From Octopus vulgaris (lineage: Eukaryota), in contig OX597815.1 in NCBI GenBank assembly GCA_951406725.2, positions 198,834,001 to 198,898,000 on the forward strand: a DNA stretch of 64,000 nt, given 5' to 3'. This document shows, piece by piece, positions 55,978 to 64,000 of this stretch (position 1 is the first letter of the stretch; each line of letters starts with the position of its first letter). The position numbers and the translations under genes were made by a program. The notes below the pieces were generated by a model. The model ran no database searches. It had not been told where the DNA came from and worked only from the letters and a program-made list of their open reading frames with translations.

Positions 55978-56266
55978 TATTAACTGATAGAATTCGAAAA
56001 TCTAGAATCTGTTACAGACCGAATCACTAAGTGTGACGAACCCCTTCGTAAAATAGTATTCTTAAATAGCTAAAATGATTTTTCAGCCATGTAATTATAC
56101 AATATTAAAATTCTATATATTTGCATGAGACATGTATCACCAATTAGAGTTTAACGCTACGATATATCTACATATCTACACTAATATTCACATAGGATAT
56201 TATCTACTAGCTATAAGTCATCGCTATGTGATGGACAGAAGAGTATGAGATGATCAGTTGCATACC

Positions 56267-57164
56267 TATTTCTTTATTACCCACAAGGGGCTAAACACAG
56301 AGGGGACAAACAAAGACAGATATAGGTATTAAGTCGATTACATCGACCCCAGTGCGTAACTGGTACTTAATTTATCGACCCCGAAAGGATGAAAGGCAAA
56401 GTCGACCTCGGTGGAATTCGAACTCAGAAGGTAACGGCAGACGAAACGCATCATTAAAAAATTAATTAATATCTATTTCTTTATTACCCACAAGGGGCTA
56501 AACACAGAGGGGACAAACAAGGACAGATATGGGTATTAAGTCGATTACATCGATCCCAGTGCGTAACTGATACATAATTTATCGACCCCGAAAGGATGAA
56601 AGGCAAAGTCGACCTCGGCGGAATTTGAACTCACAACGTAACGCAGACGAAATACCTATATCTTTATTGCCCACAAGGGGCTAAACACAGAGGGGACAAA
56701 CAAGGACAGATATAGGTATTAAGTCGATTACATCGACCTCAGTGCGTAACTGGTACTTAATTTATCGACCCCGAAAGGATGAAAGGCAAAGTCGACCTCG
56801 GCGGAATTTGGACTCAGAACGTAACGCAGACGAAATACCGCTAAGCATTTCTCCCGGCGTGCTAACGTTTCTGTCAGCTCGCCGCCTTGAATCAGTTGCA
56901 TACCGGGTATCGAATGGAGTACATAATTCATACCTATTTCATTATTACCCACAAGGGGCTAAACACAGAGGGGACAAACAAGGACAGACATAGGTATTAA
57001 GTCGATTACACCGACCCCAGTGCGTAACTGGTACTTAATTTATCGACCCGAAAGGATGAAAGGCAAAGTCGACCTCGGCGGAATTTGAACTCACAACGTA
57101 ACGGCAGACGAAATACCGCTAAGCATTTCTCCCGGCGTGCTAACGTTTCTGCCAGCTCGCCGCC
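56267..57164 (-). mobile_element. Tandem array of four SINE family 2 units
   Basis: Units 56267-56446 and 56474-56656 (both lack the 5' part of the head), 56657-56886 and 56935-57164 (full). Confidence 0.92.
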
Positions 57165-57594
57165 TTGAATCAGTTGCATACCGGGTATCGAATGGAGTAC
57201 ATAATTCATACCATCAACTCGAATACTGTGGCGCGAATGAGCGCGTGTGTAATTACGCAGATTCAAGCCTGATTATTAGGGTCATCTCATAGTTTCTCAA
57301 AAATGATGGAAATTGATGAATTAACAGCTAATTAACCAGTTGCAATGTATTACATACTGTACTTCCAATATGATATTTCAAACGCTTTTGAAACTTGTCT
57401 AAAGCCATCGCAAAGAAAAGATGTAAGCATTATTTTAACTTTTCATAAATGAAGAATGTGGGTAGGGGACGTTTTATTAATCTTTTCCCATGGTTCGAAG
57501 CTTGGCACCTGTCAGGTGGAGAACCACTGAGTTATCTTTTATCGTTTTCTTGGGGTTCCACATAGGATGATCTGAACTGAGAACACAAAGGATA

Positions 57595-57942
57595 TCCTTT
57601 CCTACTCTAGGCACAAGGCCCGAAAATTTTAGTGAGCGAGCCAGTCGATTAGAGGGACCCCAGTGCGTAGCGTAACAGGTACTTAATTTATCGACCCCGA
57701 AAGGATGAAAAGCAAAGTTGACTTCGGCGGAATTTGAACTCAGAACGTAAAGACAGACGAAATACCTATTTCTTTACTGCCGACAAGGGGCTACACACAG
57801 AGAGGACAAACAAGGACAGACAAACAGATTGAGTCGATTATATCGATCCCAGTGCGTAACTGGTACTTATTTAATCAACCCCGAAAGGATGAAAGGTAAA
57901 GCATTTCACCCGGCGTGCTAACGTTTCTGCCAACCCGCCGCC
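57595..57942 (-). mobile_element. SINE family 2 dimer: tail-A copy joined to a truncated tail-B copy
   Basis: Junction gacgaaatacc|tatttct at 57766/57767. Confidence 0.87.
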
Positions 57943-58085
57943 TTACTGAAGAGATAAATATTGCAAAGCATTGCATTCGAAAAGTTCTAGTATTTCATAT
58001 AAGTTGTCAGAATTCGGAGGACGATATGCACATAGCTACATGCCTACTACTCCTCGACGGACTTTCAATATATGTCTGTGTTAGC

Positions 58086-58156
58086 TAGATAGATAGATAA
58101 ATAAATAAATAAATATATAAATAGATAGATAGATAGATAGATATATAGATAGATAC

Positions 58157-58241
<85 letters not shown>

Positions 58242-58245
58242 CAGA
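58086..58245. repeat. (AGAT)n/(AAAT)n microsatellite
   Basis: Direct reading. Confidence 0.97.
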
Positions 58246-58351
58246 TCCTGAATACTAAAGTTAAGTGCGTATAGAATGTCAGTACCATTTTTGAAGTTGT
58301 CTCTCAAAATAATTAACGATTATATCAAGATTATATATATATATATATATA

Positions 58352-58512
58352 TTTATCTAGTTTCAGCTCACAAGCTGTGGCCATGCTGGGGCACCGCCAT
58401 TTGGTGTTGCTACATGATTTTACTTCACGAATGCTTTTAAGCAATTGCCATTTGATGCATGAGAGAGTTTACATTCATTATAAATTTCATGCATGCTTTG
58501 TTTCATGTAAGG
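58352..58512 (-). mobile_element. Probable LINE 3' end carrying the same tail as the U6 chimera
   Basis: Minus ..PYMKQSMHEIYNECKLSHASNGNCLKAFVK* followed by aatggcggtgccccagcatggccacagcttgtgagctgaaactaga. Confidence 0.6.
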
Positions 58513-59196
58513 TCAAACTAAAATAAATAAATAAATATATGTGTACGATGAGTGAGCGTTTATACGCTTATACGTAGTGTTGCTATTATGTCAAACTGTC
58601 GTATGTCCAATTTTGGTCAAATGCGTTTGTTTTCGTTTTTTCAATATTTATTTTTGCTTGAATTAGTCGGTTATTTTAATCAAACTCTGCCTCAGATGCC
58701 AAGTTATCATGCTGTGGAATGGTAAAATTATATTTCTTCGTTTTCTGAAAAAAAAAAAAAGCAACGTTTTGGACTTACGATACTTTTGCATAATAACAAC
58801 GATATGAATATATGTCTATGAACACATATACATATACACGCTCCATCGGAAAAATGTATGTATGAATAATATATGAATATCTTCGCTAAGTGTACATGAA
58901 GTGGTACAGTTCACACTGCACATGTCAATTCGATGGCACAATGTGAAAACTTAATTATTAAAAGTTGGGCGATAGAACCACTGCTTTTACGTTGCCATGT
59001 AATATTACAGAATCAAATATAAATAACAAACAATATATTAAAAAAGAATAAGAACAAAATACTTACTTGTCGAGTACAATTTATGAAAGGGGCATCGGCA
59101 GATGGAACTTCCATTCATACACATGCACACCAACACGTCAGTTTCAATTTTTCAGTCTCAAGTATGTGTAAACAAATGCATATATATGCACATACG

Positions 59197-59257
<61 letters not shown>

Positions 59258-59309
59258 TTAGATAAATATATAAATACATACATAAACGCATTAAAGCGTA
59301 TATATTACA

Positions 59310-59340
<31 letters not shown>

Positions 59341-59472
59341 GGAGAGAGAGAGAGAGTGATAGATAGATATATAGATAGATATACATATATATATACATAC
59401 ACACATAAATATATATATATACATATATACATATATACATACATATATACATATATACATATATATGTATGT

Positions 59473-59639
<167 letters not shown>

Positions 59640-60427
59640 TACATATATATCTTTATACGCAACATGTGTATGTGTGAGACAGTAATGTTCCTCAGCAGAT
59701 CCGGATTTCATAAATTACAGTCGACGTATTAGTTGTATGATTTATTTAATATTATTTTTTACTTGCATTAGTTTTTGATTTTGAGTTGCCATTTGTATCT
59801 TTCTCTGCTGCTACTACACGATGAAGCAGTGCCGATAACCCTATCGCTCTCCATTTGTAATTAAGTTCCCACGCTGGCCGTCCAAATGACATCTTCAGTG
59901 TGGACCTGACACTTCAATGGCGTTTAATTCAAGAAGACTTTTTTACGTTGGTATTCAGGAAACGCCTTCGTACCGTTACTCCTGAGAGAAATCTGTCTTA
60001 CTTCTTGAAGAGATTTTTACAGAACTTTTAGTAGTTTAGACAATACTGCATATAATGTTTAGTAGTTGTTGTTTTTTTTTATTTTTTGGTTTTTGAACAC
60101 TAATTATGAGTTTGAAAATATGCAAAATTACTGAATATAATTGTTCGAATATGGAATTAGAGTTTAAAAAGCAACCATTGCAGCAAAGGCCATCATAATA
60201 AGTCGCGATACACGTTTGCGTCTTCAATATGTTTCGAAAAATTATTGGTTACATGAATGATTTTAATGCATTTGTGGTGAATATTTGAGCTTAAGAACGA
60301 AGAAAAATAGACTATTACAGGACATGGAATTCGTATGTATTATTGAAATCTGAAAGTTCTTGAATCGATCCTCTGGATTTCACGTTGTCTCTTATTCGAG
60401 CGATTGATGAAGTGAAGCATCGTGGCA

Positions 60428-60652
60428 ATACATACATACATACATACATACATACATACATACATACATACATACATACATACATACATACATACATACA
60501 TACATACGTGCATACATGCATACATACATGCATACATGCATACATGCATACATGCATACGTACATACATACATACATGCATGCATACATGCATACATACA
60601 TGCATACATACATATATGCATACATATGTGTGTCCACGTGTGTTTGTGAGTG

Positions 60653-60687
<35 letters not shown>

Positions 60688-60830
60688 TGAGACAGGCAGG
60701 CAGACAAACAGACAGATAGATAGACGTATAGGTAGATAGACAGTCAGACAGACAGACAGACAGACAGATAGATAGATACATACATACATACATACATACA
60801 TACATACATACATACATACATACATACATA
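60428..60830. repeat. Compound (TACA)n/(GA)n/(AGAC)n microsatellite
   Basis: Direct reading. Confidence 0.96.
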
Positions 60831-61201
60831 CACATGTACTGTGAGCTCTTGACAAGACGGTTTACCTGAAGTTCCATTTTTCTCACGTTTCTTGAATCAG
60901 TGACTTTCTGTCACTTCATATCAGAGCAGCAGGAGCTGATGTGGTTCTTTTCTAATTCAGCCCTTTTCTACAATTTACCCAAAATTCAGATTACCCATAC
61001 AATCTCTTTTTCATTATGCATGAGTGAACTACTTGCCGCCGCCTTTAACGACGCCCTTTTCATTACAAATGAGCGTCCTTCATTCTTTAGTAATTTTCCT
61101 CAACCAAACTTCATCCCATGTTTTCCTTTTTCGACTCAGAACTTGCATTGCATATAATGTCTAATTAATATAGCTTAGCTTTGCAAATTTCAGAACCTAA
61201 T

Positions 61202-61417
61202 ACTCTTTTACTCTTTTACTTGTTTCAGTCATTTGACTGCGGCCATGCTGGAGCACCGCCTTTACTCGAGCAAATCGACCCCGGGACTTATTCATTGTAA
61301 GCCTAGTACTTATTCTATCGATCTCTTTTGCCGAATCGCTAATTGACGGGGATGTAAACACACCAGCATCGGTTATCAAGCAATGCTAGGGGGACAAACA
61401 CAGACACACACACACAT

Positions 61418-61464
<47 letters not shown>

Positions 61465-61631
61465 TACGACAGGCTTCTTTCAGTTTCTGTCTACCAATTC
61501 AACTCACAAGGTATTGGTCGGCCCGGGGCTATAGTAGAAGACACTTGCCCAAGATGCCACACAGTGGGACTGAATCCGGAACCATGTGGTTGGTTAGCAA
61601 GCTACTTACCACACAGCCACTCCTGCGCCTA
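61202..61631 (-). mobile_element. SINE family 1 copy
   Basis: Full match to the family. Confidence 0.92.
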
Positions 61632-62456
61632 ATATATTCATAATATTATATAAATAATAACCAACACTAATTTCTGATCGAAAAATTTAACGAATCTATT
61701 TGCAGTTCTCGAATAATCTACCCGTCCCTTGCCTGTTACCCTATTTGTATTGAACCCCTGAGTAATAAATCGACGTTAGCTAGCAAGAGGGCGTCTCATG
61801 CATGAGAGCATTAAAACAGCCATATTACATTATTTTAGAAAAACATAACATCAAAATAAATTATTGCCTATGTGTCGTTTGTAATTTATCATTTAAGCAT
61901 CGACAGCTTCTAAGGTTCAACGATAAACAAATTTACATTAATGATTCAAACAAGATAGCGGTAGTGTTACTTTACCGAATCGCTGAGTTTCTTCCTAAAC
62001 TGTCAACGGGTTGAAATATCCACGTAGACCTGTCAAAGAAGTCAATGGTTACTTTATGCTATACCAATGAAAGGTTTCATGCTTCCTGTTGTTCTTGCAA
62101 CGATGGAACAGCATGACTTGTTTGTTGCTCATTTTGAAAGACAGCGCTAAAAAAGTTGTACAAAGAATGCTAAAGCTCAATTGAATTTATGATTAACTGG
62201 AGCTAATTCGCCATACAAGTACAAGTGTAGTAAAAAATAACTGAAACATTTCTGACAGAGGAATCAAGAACAAATAATCGTCAAGGAATAAGCAAATAGG
62301 TTTTGATGAACTTTTAGCGAGCTTTTAGCCCACTAATTTGATATAATGTCCCGTCATCCTTCGATAGCTGTAGGAATTAATCCAGTGAGAAACAACAACA
62401 ATTCGTATGAGTTTTCGAAGCGTTCATGTACATGGTATATTTATTCCAATCCAAAA

Positions 62457-62687
62457 GGCGGCGAGCTGGCAGAAACGTTAGCACGCTGGGCGAAACGCGT
62501 AGCCGTATTTCGTCTGCCGTTACGCTCTGAGTTCAAGTTCCGCCGAGGTCGACTTTGCCTTTCATCCTTTCGGAGTCGAGAAATTAAGTACCAGTTACGC
62601 ACTGGGGTCGATGAAATCGACTTAATCCGTTTGTCTGTCCCTGTTTGTCCCCTCTATGTTTAGCCCCTTGTGGGTAGTAAAGAAACA
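62457..62687 (+). mobile_element. SINE family 2, full length with TSD
   Basis: 19-bp TSD ggtatatttattccaatcc (62434-62452 / 62688-62706). Confidence 0.95.
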
Positions 62688-64000
62688 GGTATATTTATTC
62701 CAATCCGGGAGGAGAGCATTCATACACAGCTTGTATATTTAACATTTAACAGAACAGAATGGAAGTTGAATAAGAAAAGGTTTTCGTCTTGCCGCCTTCC
62801 ATAACTGGTATAATAGATTCAACTGAATTCAAATCAACGCGGGGTAGTCCAGTAGCCGAGTGGGAGACGATGCAGTTAGCAGCAGGCCGCATTGGTCAGC
62901 AAAAGAGGCCGTTCTTGGCTCTGCGCGTCTTTTTATCCCTATCTCACGAGCGCCACCTTGTTGTTAACGATGTAACCAGAGGAGACAACTCCAGATGACC
63001 CACGTTCAGACACGGATTCAACTATGGTGACCTATAAACTCTTCTTTGAGTATGAGAGTCATGGTCCAAATACAACCAAGTGATTTGTTTTCAATGCGTA
63101 GAATGTAAGTAGCAAATCCGCGAGACAATTTTACCCAAAGCTTTGAGGACTCTACCAGTTATCTCCTCTTTGTTCGCTGTCAGTGATCAAAAAACAGAGG
63201 AGATGGCCGACATCAAACAGAACAAGGCAAAGTTAAAACATGCTTTTTATTCTCAGAGTACAAACGTGATAATGATTGTTTTGCTCTGTCTTGATTCGAC
63301 CAGATTAAAACTAGAAAGGAATTTACACACAAAATTCCGCCTTTCAACAACTGCAAAGCCACTTTAACAAAAATATTCATCAAAGATTGCCAAACAGTAG
63401 ACATATTCACATGCAAAGAAATCGTTAACACAGAACTATAAATAATTAACAAAATTTAGAGATGAACCGTGCGATCAAAACTTTACTAATCTGCCTAAAC
63501 GGATTCGATTCCCAATAGATTGACAAATCTATTTTATTTTTAATACATGTTCAGCTTAAATATTCAGTTCTTTTTCCGTCTCGATTGGTATACAATACAA
63601 ACTACATAAGAACACTATGAACAATTTTGTTTACTTAAAAAGTTGGTATCAATATTTTCCTTTGGCATCAATTTCATTCTTCAAAGTGCTCTAACATAAT
63701 TCAGAAATTATCAGTGAAAGTATCGCTCTATGAAATTTTCTTTTTACGGTAAAAATTAATTTCCATACCTTATCGAAAATCTTAAACCAAATGAAACATT
63801 GATTGACTGGATAAAATTCTATTTCAGTACAAATACCAAACCACGCTTTTTGTTCATGAGTGGGTACCGTAAAGAGAGTCGACTTTATTTCTCCGAATTA
63901 GATAAATACCATCATAATTCAGCAAAACTATGTTTTGTATTTGATCTGTTCCTCAATCTTACGATTGAATATACATACATACGTATATATATACTTATAT

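Noticed and set aside
56267-57164. CRISPR-like or hammerhead-retrozyme reading of the tandem array
   Set aside because: Units are ~180-230-bp tRNA-SINE copies without unique spacers, and I could not find a hammerhead core in them.
62780-63480. Possible very old PLE RT remnant (TRGSPVAE, IPPFNN..KIFIK), and a GVY..C..C..YVG-like stretch at ~33950-34030
   Set aside because: Motif resemblance is too weak to call by eye. It needs a frameshift-aware HMM search.

Overview
AT-rich, microsatellite-dense eukaryotic non-coding DNA. The repeat families and the very high (TA)n/(CA)n/(AGAT)n/(AAT)n content suggest an octopus/cephalopod genome (inference). I find no credible host protein-coding exon, and nearly all ORF-track entries are translated microsatellites or SINEs. 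The real coding remnants are all from transposons: a 5'-truncated Penelope-like element (RT + GIY-YIG, ~44515-46518, minus), a second degenerate PLE endonuclease (~30680-31570), three RTE-clade LINE fragments and a mariner nested in an older mariner. Non-coding elements are two abundant tRNA-derived SINE families plus rarer SINEs, two non-autonomous Helitrons, two MITEs and a U6 snRNA retrocopy fused to a LINE/SINE 3' tail. The most interesting hidden structures are: (1) minimal type I hammerhead ribozyme motifs in several different PLE-type terminal repeats, mostly lodged in microsatellites, including a head-to-head pair around an (AAT)n tract and a U3-A8 compensatory variant; (2) a nucleotide-exact SINE-to-SINE junction recurring at three sites; (3) the U6/LINE-tail chimera, with a candidate donor LINE 3' end 2.4 kb away. 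All calls were made by eye, and many boundaries are approximate.
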